Source: Octopus vulgaris (Eukaryota). Taken from it: a DNA stretch of 64,000 nucleotides. A program made the position numbers and the translations under genes. The notes under the pieces were generated by a model that made no database searches, was not told where the DNA came from, and saw nothing but the letters and a program-made list of their open reading frames with translations. Positions 25,647-37,938 of the stretch are shown in pieces (position 1 is the first letter of the stretch; each line of letters starts with the position of its first letter). Location of the stretch: assembly GCA_951406725.2 (NCBI GenBank), contig OX597817.1, forward strand, positions 41,726,001 through 41,790,000, in the 5' to 3' direction.

Positions 25647-26640
25647 CTTGGATCAAAACATTTCATGAGAAAATCCTTCAGCCATCCACAAAGTTTATCA
25701 CATAAGCAGCTATAGAGTTTTGGTTCTAGTCATTAGGTAGTTTATTTGCATTAGAAATAGAATTACTAAGTAACAATGATGTGAAGCATTAACAAGTACG
25801 TTATTATAACTATATATCTTAAGTGCATCGCTTTTTGCAATAATGCATTTTGAATGCACCTTTAAGTATGTCAGAAATATCACACTCTTATATACTCAAT
25901 AATTGCTCTCAAAAATCATTAATTTCTTCAAACATTTTACATATTTCATTCAAGAAATATCACATAAGAAATGGCTTATGTTGTCCCTTAAAGAAGTAAA
26001 TGGGAAAATGTAGAACATAATTCAAAAATTTACTAGAATCCTGACACATCGATAATCATTCTCTACAAACCTATTAATTTTATTTAGTACAATCTTTGTT
26101 ATTTTCAAGCAAGAAAATGTCATAGAACTGCTGATAAATTCTAGTAACATCATTTTGTAATCACATATTCACGGAACAGATACTGGATTATAGCCATTTG
26201 CCAATTTCAGTCTTGTAATAACCATATCTTTCCATGGAGTAATCTTAAATAAATTACCATCTTTAAGAGAATGTTTATGAAAATGGATCTCGAAAAAGCA
26301 ATTTTCTGTAATCTTAGATTTTACTATTCACACTTCATTTTACCAATTTGAACAGTTTCCAATTTTTAAGCTTCATTTATTCATTTCTTCCACAAGCATA
26401 GCACTTCTAATATACAGAGAAAACCTAAAGCAAATGAGACAGCCAGATATTGTGCTTCTATCAACAGCATTAGAGCAATGACATGAATGCCATGCTATAA
26501 AAAAAAAATGCTGGTAGAATCAACCTTCAAGTAGAGTGGTCCATTTATTAATTAAATGGGAGCATCAAAGAACTTCAAGTCTGTAGATTATATATTTTAA
26601 ATGAGACAGTGCTTTATGAATCATTCATTTATTATTATAC

Positions 26641-26680
26641 ACTCACCTGGAAAAAATATACAATAAAAATGTCACTTAAA
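26641..26680 (-). other. Candidate recursive splice site (AG|GT junction 26647/26646)
   Basis: Minus strand GACATTTTTATTGTATATTTTTTCCAG|GTGAGT; all three frames after the AG close within 26 nt. Confidence 0.5.
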
Positions 26681-29600
26681 CTTTGAAAAAGCAATGAACC
26701 TAAAATATTTATTAATTAATCCATCTGCCAAATGAAAGCAACTATTCTAATTTTCTGTACATCATTTAAATTAGCTGCAGATAATTATAGAAAAGCAGAG
26801 TTTCAAGAAGGTAGGTTCTAAGAGTTAGATCAAGAGTTCAATATTTTTGAAATTGAGTATAATTAAGTTTGGTCTTTTGAGATAACACAGATCAATAATC
26901 ACTTGTATTGGTCAAAATAACAATTTATCTAATGGACTAGTTTTAGTCAAAATTTAAACATAACAATACAATAAGCTAATCAATCTTTCATGAGACTCAA
27001 GATAATATTTCAAAATCTTTAGCCAAAAGTATGATTCTATGACCCATGGATGAAAAGGAATTATTGATTTATCAATGTACTTTGTGATGAAAAGGCTATT
27101 TCAATTTCATTCGTATAATTCTCTATCTAAGATCACAGAGTCTCAAAGATTAATATCAACAATATAAGCTTTGTAATTGCACAGTTATTCAAATATATAT
27201 TGTCAGCACAGAATTACAATTCTGCAGTAGAAAATGTTATTTTCAACTCATACAATCAAAAATTAAATAAATAAAAAACTATTTCTACAAATCATCTAAT
27301 AATTTAACCAAGCAATAGAATGTTTTTCTTTTTCAATTGTATTATAAAGCAAAATTTTTCTAAGGCAGGGATCTTTCTCTTTTCCCTTTTGTAGGTTAAA
27401 TAAATCTAGTCAAATGCAACAAAGATTCCTTTGTTGGCGATATACTTACAAGAAAGAAATTTAAATTATAACAAAATCCTTTCTCTCAACATTATATAAA
27501 TAATGTAAATCTAGTTTTTCAAAAATGGTGGAAACATAAGCCCCATTTTAGAAACACTGCTAAAGATTTTTACTTTTCCACTTCAGGGGGAAAAAGAAAC
27601 AGAATTAAAAGGATTTGAGATAACTATAATTATTTGAATGATAAAAATAATTTGTTTTTTCTAGGGGTTGAGTCTGTTTGTTATTTAGCACTCAGTTCAT
27701 TGCTATTTGAGTAGACTCATGATCCATGGTATTCCAATGAGTATCCCAGCATTTCTTTCTTTTAGGCATATTTAATATCTTTCCTCTCTTTCTTTTAGCT
27801 GTAGCATGATTTTAAAAAAGTTATGGTTGCTATTTCTAGTAAGTTTTATGTTCACAAGGAAGTTTCTTTGCTGGCTCAGTTTTGTTCAATTTTTTTTCTT
27901 TTATTTTAACTGGAATGTGTAAAATTTAAAATTGCTGTGTTCAAGTTCTAGTATAAACATGTTGCTATGCCCTAAACTAAACCACACAAGCCATACAATT
28001 TAGTATATACTGATCCCTGTCTAACACTGGACTCGTTACTTCTAGGAATATCCTATCACTGAAACTAATGTTCCATAAGTTGATATAAAGAAGAAAAAAA
28101 AAAAACTATGATATCATGTATTAAATCTGCATTAAAATCAGTAAGAGAACTTCTAATGAAACATTCAATAGATAATCCAATTATGCATGAAAAATGTTAT
28201 CTCATACATATACACACACAAGATTTTTCATGAAAAAGCAGGAGATATTTGTATTACACTACTGCAGACAGACAGGCTGAAATTTATATGAAGAGGAATA
28301 ACAAATGGTGAAATTCATACCTTTCTCTAGAGTAGAAAGAAACATAAGCTAAGTGAAATGGCCACAAATGGGAATTAAAACAAAGCAGTAGAATTAGGTT
28401 ACCATAAGCTTCTACTCTATAATTCCCAATAACTACCACCACCACCACTACTGAAAAATACCTGCCACCACCACCAAAATATAAGGGAAATCTTCCAATC
28501 CTTTAATGAGAAGGTAAAAAGTTTGCATCCACAGAGTTCAGCATCCTTTGCTGATTTAGAAGTTTTAGAAATTTAAAACTATCTTAAGTTCCTTAAATAT
28601 GGTAAATTGACTGATCCCTTTTCTAATTTGGATGAGCATCCCACTCACCATGTAAAATACCACGATAGTATCTGATGGTTGGGACAAGCAACAGAATTGT
28701 ATCTCCTCTCTCCCAACTACCAATAATTGTTTACAGAGCAGCTAATAAGAAGGCTATGTGGTTGCTCAACTTGCTAGAAATAGCACCAAAGGATAAAGTG
28801 GACAGGACAAAAAAAAGAAAGCCCAAAAAATGATTGTAGCTGGAATGCATTTTTTTTTTTTATATAAGTGTTTAATCAGGACTGACGTGATCCAAACAGC
28901 AAGTCCATCTTTATACACCACCACTAGTTCCCTGAATTAATTATTTAGACAGATAATTGTACCTATAATGTGTGCGTGTTAGTGGTGTGTATCAAACAAC
29001 TTTTATAGAGGAAAAAAAAAATAATTGCATCAACCCAAGAACATATTACTGGTACTTGTTTCTTAGCCACAGGAAGAAAGGAACAGATGAAAAACACCAT
29101 AAAACAAATTAGTAATTGTTGAATAGTTGAAGGAAATCTTTTGAAACCCAGACAGATGTAGGAAATTAATAGTACTGTCCTTCCTTATTCTATCAGAATT
29201 CTTGATAAACTTGTCTTTATAATGAAAATACCGTCTTAAGATGTTGAGCTTGAACATGTAAGTTCAAAGATAGTAAGGGAGAGCTTTAAAAGGAGATTTG
29301 GCAGCTATATCAGTAGTTCAATTAACTTCATAGAAGTTTCTTTGGTTCACAGGCAATAAGAATAATATTTGACCAAACTGACAGAGAAGCAAGACAGCTA
29401 GAGATAGATAAGAATTTATGATGTGTTCATTCCTTTGATCAAAAGGTGGGATTTGCAAAAGGCCATTTTAACCGATCAGCAAGGACTCACAGATGTGTCC
29501 TCACTCTACCTCTACAACAACCTTGCTTGTCTAAACTAGCAATCTGCATGCAGTCTCCACCCAGGGTCACTCATCCTACCTCGCTTTCCTCTTCCCATCA

Positions 29601-30332
29601 TCATCATCACCTTTACTATAGTTCACCTAGACAAAACTCTAAACACTTACCCAAGAACAGCTACCTTCTGAAATTCTTCCCTGTACCATGTTTTTTTGGG
29701 GGTTTTTTCCTTCTACAGCCACATAACAGAAGTCTGTGTTTAACATTAATCTCATCAAACCTCACCATTCTGGGCAGACCTGTAATGGCCATAGGTCTAC
29801 GAAATTCTTATTCAAAAATATTGACATGATTAACATTTTAAAAATCATCTTGACAGGAATATATATCTATTTACACACACACACACACACACGCATATAT
29901 CCTTATGTAGAAAACATGTCAAAGCACGTAGTGGAGACTGGCACAGTCTGCTGGCTTGCCAAATCATCAAAACCATGCCAGCATAGTAAGTGAATGTAAA
30001 ATGATATATATAATTTATGATAAAGATGCTATATTGATTATAGGCAAGATTCTTTAAAATTTAAACAAAATATTGACATAGAAACTGATATTTTCCATAC
30101 ATACATAAACACACTAAAGTTCTTTCAATTATATTGCATGGTATCAAGCAGAAAAGCTATCAGTCTGGAGAGGAAGAATGAGATATCTACAGCTTGTCAT
30201 TCAAATGATATACTACTATCAGGCTCAGGCTTTCATTCCAAAAGGAAGAAAAAATGACATTCTTTGATATATTAAAGACAGTAGTAGATATATATCTGCA
30301 AATCAATATAAAACTTCCAAGCAATATGCAAG

Positions 30333-30374
<42 letters not shown>

Positions 30375-31189
30375 GGAGTTCATAAACTCAATATAATCGA
30401 AGCTAAAAGATAATACTAACTGAAAATAAGTTAACAGGTTTAACTCAGTCCGATAAACCAAACAAACGTATGTGACAGACTGGTTCTTTTATTCTTGTAA
30501 TTACAGGTTTTAGCATAGAAAAGGAGAAAAAGATTTCAATTCTTTCATTTGATAGATAATTCGAGTAGAGGAAAATAATGTATATATTTTTCAAAGTCAG
30601 AAGCAATTTTAAATGAATATACACACTGCACTGAATAAATCAATAGATTTTTACATTAAATTAAAGCAACTATAAATTCAAATCTATTCAACTAGTCTAA
30701 ATAGACTGCACCATCTCAAAACCCTGAAAGGGTAATATATAAAATATAAAAAAAAGCAACAGGGCTTTTTATAAAAGGATGAGTCAAAAAAAATACTACC
30801 TTGCAGCTAATGTTAAACAGAAAAATAATTGCATGTGTGTATGTGAGAAAAGGGGGAAGAGTGGGGGGCGTATATGTGTGTATATGTGTGTGAGACTATG
30901 TATGTGTATGAGACTATGTATGTGTATGAGATTGTGTATACGATGCATGTATGTTTAATGCATGCACATAAAAGTGCACATTTAAGAATCTATCCTGTAT
31001 GTGTATATGCATATGCACAAGTGTGTCAGAAGTCTGTACTTGATGCAAGCATACATTTAAAGTGTATAAACATATTAAGTGTCTTTTGTATACATGTATA
31101 TGAAAATATGAGTAAAAGATGTACATGAAAATTTTGTACCCCAGCATAGCTACAATGTAATGACAAGCAAGTAGAAGTAATAATGTAGA

Positions 31190-31242
31190 GAGGGGGAGGG
31201 ATGGGGAAAGAGGGAGGGGGAGGGATGGGGAAAGAGGGAGGG
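31190..31242 (+). repeat. G-rich ~24-bp tandem duplication (potential G-quadruplex)
   Basis: AGGGGGAGGGATGGGGAAAGAGGG twice. Confidence 0.7.
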
Positions 31243-31589
31243 CAAGAGGAGGAGAGCAGAGGAGAGGAGAGCTTGCATCGCATAACACTGCAACACAACT
31301 TTACAGCCTTTTTTTTAACATCAACTGGTTCTGCTTCATTTCAATACTACTATCTCAAAAGAAACTGCAAAAGAACACCTGTGTCCTTCATGAAATATAA
31401 GACAAACCATCAATACTCAGAATGTATTTTGGAAAAGGAACAACTCCATACTCAAGTGGCTACAGTGTGCCCAAAACATGACTTAAGACTACTATACATG
31501 CTGCTATTAAGTTAGACAGGGCCTGCACAAATAATGACCAAAACCCAAGTTCTCCCTTTCTTTCTCTCTTTTTCTACACACACACTTGT

Positions 31590-31890
31590 CTAATGTTGAC
31601 TACTGGGGATCGGTCTAATTGACTGGCCCCCTCCCCCCAAATTTCAGGGCCTGTGCCTAGAGTAGAAAAGAAAACATTGATTTAAAAGTGGCGAGCTGGC
31701 AGAAACGTTAGCACACCAGGCGAAATACTTAGCAGCATTTCATCTGTCTTTATGTTCTGAGTTCAAATTTCGCCTTTCATCCTTTCGGGGTCAATAAATT
31801 TAGTACCAGTTGCATACTTGGGTTGATATAATTGACTGGGCCCCCGCCCCAAAAATTTCGGGCCTTGTGCCTAGAGTAGGAAAGAATCGA
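31590..31890 (+). mobile_element. Family B SINE, preceded by a 3' fragment of the same family
   Basis: GGCGAGCTGGCAGAAACGTTAGCAC...GCCTTTCATCCTTTCGGGGTCAATAAA; tail GTGCCTAGAGTAG occurs twice. Confidence 0.8.
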
Positions 31891-32149
31891 GTTTCACCAG
31901 TGAATACACAGGATCTTCAGACAAAATAGCAAGAGATTGACTTGACCAAAATAAATTTTTATACACACACACACACACACACATACGCACGCACACAATG
32001 TGTATATTACAATCCTTCAGTATAAATCTATTTTACCAATAAACTAGCAATTTGTGATGCTTCACTTGAAGTTCATTTCTATTTGCTTTAACCTCAATTC
32101 CACTCACTGCCATAGCTTTAGCACAAAATAAAATTAGCATCACTGTTTG

Positions 32150-32500
32150 AAGTAAAAAGATCATTCCAACCATCTACAATTCCCCATAGCTCAACCATTT
32201 CCCAGATCAGACATCACACAGACAAACTATTCTTCATCTTCCTCATCAAACGTCCTACCAAGAAACAACTTGAATCCCCTGAGCACTACAATGAAACAAC
32301 TGATGTAATAAAATTCAAGGGCAAACTCCACTACAACACAAATTTCCTGTTGCTCAGAATTATTTTAGAATATTCCCACCTCAGGGTTAGTAAGTCATGC
32401 CAAATGTGTTCATGCATCAAAGATCACCAAATTCCCATCTTTATGAAGAATTCCTTCACAACAGCATATCAAGATTCATTACCAGACAAAGCCTTATCAT
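32150..32500 (+). mobile_element. Possible decayed Penelope-like RT-thumb/linker fragment
   Basis: TIPHS...RHHTDKLFFIFLIKR, then LLRIILEYSHL and KSCQMCSCI (CxxC) in the order expected for PLE ORFs; weak. Confidence 0.3.
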
Positions 32501-32554
32501 TTAACAGCTTCCTTGTTTTCGGTGTTTTATCATACTAGTATCAATCATTAAATA

Positions 32555-33045
32555 TGGCCATGTTGGGGTATTGCTTTGAAGGGTATAACTGAACAAATTG
32601 TCCTGAGTATTTATTTTTAAAGTCTGGTACTTTTTCAGTTGAACTGCTAAGTTATGGGGGACATAAACAAACCATCACACACACTATCATTATTTAATGT
32701 CAGTTTTCCATGCTTAGTTGAACTGCTAAGATATGGGGACATAAACAAACCAACACACACAATCATTATTTAACATCTGTTTTCCATGCTGGCATGGGTT
32801 GGACAGTTTGACAGGAACTGGCAAGCTAGAAGATTGCTGTCAAACCATCCAAACCACACCAGCATGGAAAAACAGACATTAAATGGTGATGTATTTTGTG
32901 TTCCCCAGGTACTTGACAACCAGTGTTGTTTTAGTGGGCTTCCACAAAGTTTCCACCAACCAAATTCACTCACAAGGAATCAGTCAGTCTGAAGTTCCAG
33001 TAAAGGACATATCCCAAAATGCCCCAAACCACATGGTTGCAAAAG
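32555..33045 (-). mobile_element. Family A SINE with an internal ~78-bp duplication and an inserted hairpin
   Basis: GTTGAACTGCTAAG..TCCATGCT at ~32638 and ~32717; hairpin at 32763-32892. Confidence 0.7.
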
Positions 33046-33197
33046 TAAGATTAGTATGGGTGTGCTGGTTCTTCAAATTTTGTAAAGTAGCTGTATTGCT
33101 TTATTTTTACAAGTTAGAATGTGGCTTGTGGTTTGTTTTCTTTCTTTACTGTAATTAGCAGTCAATAGCACAGTTGATACACATTTCTAAAAAGTTA

Positions 33198-33980
33198 CCA
33201 TAGTTTCTGGCTTATAAGGCACACTTCCCTCCCCACCAAAATTCCCCTGCACCTCATATACTGAAGATCAGGCTTAGGGTAGACTTGGTTAGTGTTATTA
33301 ATTATGGACAATTCTGGTGATAGTGAAGGCCAGTGATGATAATTGGTAGTGTTAAGGTAAATATCATAACTTAGCCTACCATAATCTAATATAATAAATT
33401 CATGTGTTACACTTTTTCAACTTTACTCTTAGAGGCCGTAGCCCAACATATACCATTTTTGAATCAGGTTGACTGAGTAAATTAAAAACATTCCAAGCGA
33501 AAGCCAGACCCACAATCCTGAAATTTTGAATTTCCAAGTTTTCATTAGTGCAATTGTTTTTGGTGATTTTTTTACGTGATTTTTTGCGACAAATTTTGGA
33601 CCAGAACAATCTTTATAACTTGGAAATAAATTTGGGGAATAATCAAAATTAATTGCAAAATTCAATTATTTTCAGCAATTTTTTTTTTACATGATTTTTT
33701 GCAATGAAAATGATCATCATTGGGATATGACTCTGGAGGAAGTAATTGCAACGAATTCTCCAAAAGTTAGAGATCTGTTTGCAGATCTTCCCATTCAAGG
33801 TTAGTTGCTTAAGATATATACTAGCTTACTAAATGGCATAAGTCTAAATTTTCCTGGTTTCTTCACATGAAAATGCATGAGAATTCAGCTTGGGAATTTG
33901 GGGCTAGCTTCAGTTTTTCTATTCTCACAGATTATGCCTGCCAAATTGGGCCTGTGCACCCTACATACCCGAAAATACAG
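33198..33980. mobile_element. Tc1/mariner-superfamily (Tc2/pogo-like) MITE
   Basis: TA|CCATAGTTTCTGGCTTATAAGGCACAC ... GTGCACCCTACATACCCGAAAATACAG|TA: imperfect TIRs with TA TSD. Confidence 0.6.
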
Positions 33981-34799
33981 TAATCACTGGGTCACTGCAT
34001 ATTTAACAAGAGTGACAGGTGTTTAAAAAGCTCAAGCAAGAGATTTCATTCACTATCTTGTCTGTGTGTGAAATAATGCTCATTAAAACAGTCATTTCAT
34101 GATGTTCCAGTCATCAATTCAGTCACTGCACCATCTCGATAAAACTAAAGAAAAAACAAAACAAAACAAAAAATAAAACCAATTAGTTGAGAACTATGAT
34201 AACTAACTATCACACTTTGTATGGAAAACTAACCATAAAGTACTTAGCAAGATTGATGAAACATAAGATTATAACAAAAACCAATATGTACTTGCACGAC
34301 TGAATCAACAAAACCAATTCACTAGTGCAATTAGATTGATAAGATGTGACAGTAAGAAAATACAAGATATTTTAAGAAAATAACAGCAGACAAGTAGAGT
34401 TTTTTTGTTATTTAAAGCTGGCAGTTTAACACTTTTATTGCCATATTTCAGATGAAATACACCACCTGTGTTTCAATTAACTTTTAAAACAATGAAGAAT
34501 TTAGTAAATGAACTTGTTATTAAACTAGTGCTTAGAACAAATCAACATGAAATTTGAATGGAAGGTTTTTTTTATTTGGATCATGTTAAACTGAAGTTTT
34601 TCTTTAGAAGTAGGAGCAGTCTCAGGTTTGTAATAAAATAGCAGTCTTGGAACTTCTTTTAAATCTTTGACTAACTAAATATTAATTACTAAGCCATTAA
34701 ACAACTTTATGACTAATGCTATGTATTTGTTGCAGCATGTTAGCACAAGAGCCAGACCAAGTATCTCTTCAACTTTATATTATTCTAACAATAAAGCAA

Positions 34800-35240
34800 A
34801 GAAGAACAGAAAGTACCAATAATAAATTCAGAGGAAGAGCAATTGTGAGGCTCCGACAAAGTCTACCCACTCCTCAGTTCTTTATTGCCAAGGCCACAAC
34901 CAGAATCTATAGGTATACAGAAACACTGACTAGTAATAAGACCACAACATGTCCAGAATGTCAAACTGGACTTTATATAACTAATCAACAACTACTGACA
35001 TTCTACAAAGCTGAAATGAGGCTCGGGGAATACTGCACCCACATCTGGAATGCAATTATGCACACAGACATTCTGAACTACACTGAGCAGGACCACCCAA
35101 CTGGCTTGCATTCAACTGCCAACAGACCCACTCCTGGCTCTGACCCACAGGCATGCTGTCTCCTCTCACTTATCTTTTCTATCTCTACTATACTGATTTC
35201 TGTTCCTCAAAAATTCACTAGTCTCATACCTCCACCACCC
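34800..35240 (+). mobile_element. Jockey/CR1-group LINE RT C-terminal remnant (source of the 183-aa ORF)
   Basis: NQQLLTFYKAEMRLGEYCTHIW matches QLLTLYKAQIRPxMEYCSHIW. Confidence 0.7.
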
Positions 35241-35737
35241 AAGATTGGTGATAGGAAGGGTATCTGATCACAGAAAATCTGCCTCAGTAAATTATGCCCA
35301 ACTCGTGTAAGCAAGGAAAAATGGATGTTAAACAATGACAATGATGAATTTTACTATTTTGCTTCGTTTCAAAGAAGAACTATTTGAAAGAAAATCATGT
35401 TGCATATACATTATTGCCAGTAACATAGTAACATTAATACAGATAACAGTTATATATTTGAAAGGTTTGTTTATCTGACACGAAAGAACAAAGCTTCTGA
35501 ACCAATCAACCAAAAAATTAAAGACATGATGTGAACAGAATTCATATTTTAGTTTGAATTGTTGCTGCTTAATGGAAAGCCAAAACTATAGAAAGAGTTT
35601 TGATGTCATTCCAGAAAAGAAAACTATCTTAATACAGGGCATATAAAAATCTGAAATCCTAGAGAAGAGGTTATTTATGTTGCAAATAAAAACAGTTAGA
35701 AAGTTGACTGATTGTTGAAGAATAGAGTTATCTTTTT

Positions 35738-36085
35738 TTATCTTTTACTAGTTTCAGTCACTGGACTGTGACCATGCTGGGGCATCACCTCGAAGGGTTT
35801 AGTCAAATCAACCCTAGTATTAAAGACTGGTACTTATTCAATCAGTCTCTTTTGCTGAACTGCTAAGTTAGAGACACACAAACAAACACCTGTTGTCGTG
35901 TGAGAGGGAAGACACAAACAAACACACGCATGATGAGCTTCCATAGTTCCCATCTACCAAATGCACTCATAAGGTACTGGTTTAGCTTGGGGCTATAGTA
36001 AAAGACACTTGCCTAAGGTACTGTGCAGTGGGACTGAACCCAAAACATTATGGTTGCACAGTGAGCTTAACCACACAGCAAGGCC
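35738..36085 (-). mobile_element. Family A SINE
   Basis: Collinear with the reverse complement of 19959-20380. Confidence 0.85.
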
Positions 36086-37254
36086 TACAGCTAGTTGATA
36101 AGCTTACTTTAAAAAAAAAGTATCCCTAAACACATAATAAACATTAAGAAATTGTTCTGTTGTCACATGACTAAGTACATACAGTATATAGATTACAGAC
36201 AAGAGGTTTAATCAGTTTTTCACAACTCAAAGTATTACTGTATCTAATAATGATTTTTCAGATTTTTTCTTAGACAAAAAGTATAGTAGCAGAACTTGGC
36301 GGGGTGGGTCTACCTGGGACAACAATTTTATCGGGGTGATACTTTGGGGCCTACTGAATAAGCCTCAAGGGATACCCTAGGCAGAGAACACTAACTATGC
36401 CACTGAATAAATGATAATTCATAAGACAGATTGGATAATCACTTCAAGAAGTATACAAGAATCCATACTGTTTTAGTGAAAATCATTACTAATATCTATT
36501 CAGGCTGAAAATGTTAGAAGCAAAGACAATTTGTTGATGACAAAGATGGAACACAAAAATCCTCAAAAGAGAATTTGTCTTTTAAGAATGGAACTAAAAT
36601 TAAAAGAAATGTAATTTTAATTTTTCATTTTCAGCATTAGAGAAAACAATGAACATGAAGAGTTTTTAAATCAGTTGTACATTTTATTCCAATTATTTCC
36701 TTGTTTCAGTCAATATGTGAAACTCAATATGTGAACACTGATCTAAAGTAACACTCCAAATCAGATTGAGATTTCATTGATTTCATACTCACAGTCAGCG
36801 TTAGCATTCATTTTTGTACAACCACTAGTTTGTTCAGGCTTTGTTTACTATATTAATTTCAACCAACCACATTAATCCTAACCACCACAGCTCCCACCCT
36901 ATACTCCAGAGCAACGCCTTTTCCATTTTGTCTGCTGGTGCCATGAGAAATGTATAAACTAAACAAATATTTCTAACCTAACCATACTGGTGGGCAGAAC
37001 AGTTAAGTAGCACACAGCTGTTGAGTCCATAAATTGGATACAATAATAATAGAGAGGGTGTGGCCATCAATATTCCAGCAACACACTGACCTACAAGATA
37101 TAGCCAAATCAATTTGTTGCCACAACTATGATGTAGAAGCTACTAGACCAGTCACTTCAACTCCCTTTGATGGTGATAATGAAGACTCACAGTTAACCAG
37201 CAACACTGTTTACAATGCTGCTGGTTCTACTTGTGAAAGGAGTCTTGCAGAAAC

Positions 37255-37938
37255 CTATTTGCACTCTTGGCCCTCATCACAGCATTCAGTGGCTTGATAA
37301 CAGTCTCTGAGATGCTTCTCTCAGCAAAAAATATCTGACAACCCACCAGAACAAGTGATCTAAAGCATACATAAAAATAGTCATACCATTAGTGTTTGCC
37401 ATAGCTGCAATCCAGTTTTGCAAGCTCCAAGATAGTCAATATGCATCATCTGCACAACCTTAGGATTGTTTGATATTATATCAGGGTATGTGAAACAGCC
37501 TGCCAATGCAGGAAACTTTATCAGCTTGACCTATTAATCACACCCATATAACATTTGGCACACATCCAAACCCACGGAAAGAAGCACATCACTTAGAAAG
37601 CACCACTGTCCAGCTTGATACCAATCTAGGGCACTGGAAAACAACTGAACCAAACAACCATTTCGTAATGCTTGTGCAATTACCTATGATGAAGTCTCGA
37701 CTGGTGTCTCATCCCAATTCCATTGTTTCTTTTTCAATATCAGTATAGTTTTAATGCCAAAAGGAATTGGTTGTTCCTACAAAGAAGGCAGTATATGTTC
37801 AACACTAATAGTATGACCATTTTTATGTATGCCTTTGGTTACTTGTTCTGATGGACTGTCATAATTTTGCTGACAGAAGCATCTCAAAGGATGCAATCAA
37901 CCCACTGAAATGTGATGAGGGCCAAGAGTGCAAATATG
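37255..37938. repeat. Inverted repeat, ~155-bp arms (37255-37410, 37790-37938), ~380-bp spacer
   Basis: TATTTGCACTCTTGGCCCTCATCACA...GCATACATAAAAATAGTCATACCATTAGTGTT versus AACACTAATAGTATGACCATTTTTATGTATGC...TGTGATGAGGGCCAAGAGTGCAAATA. Confidence 0.85.

Noticed and set aside
29640-29720. Strong minus-strand donor GG|GTAAGT
   Set aside because: No acceptor upstream; sits in an RTE-like 3' remnant
34716-35267. Longest ORF (183 aa) as a host gene
   Set aside because: Contains degenerate LINE RT C-terminal motifs; chance-open transposon remnant
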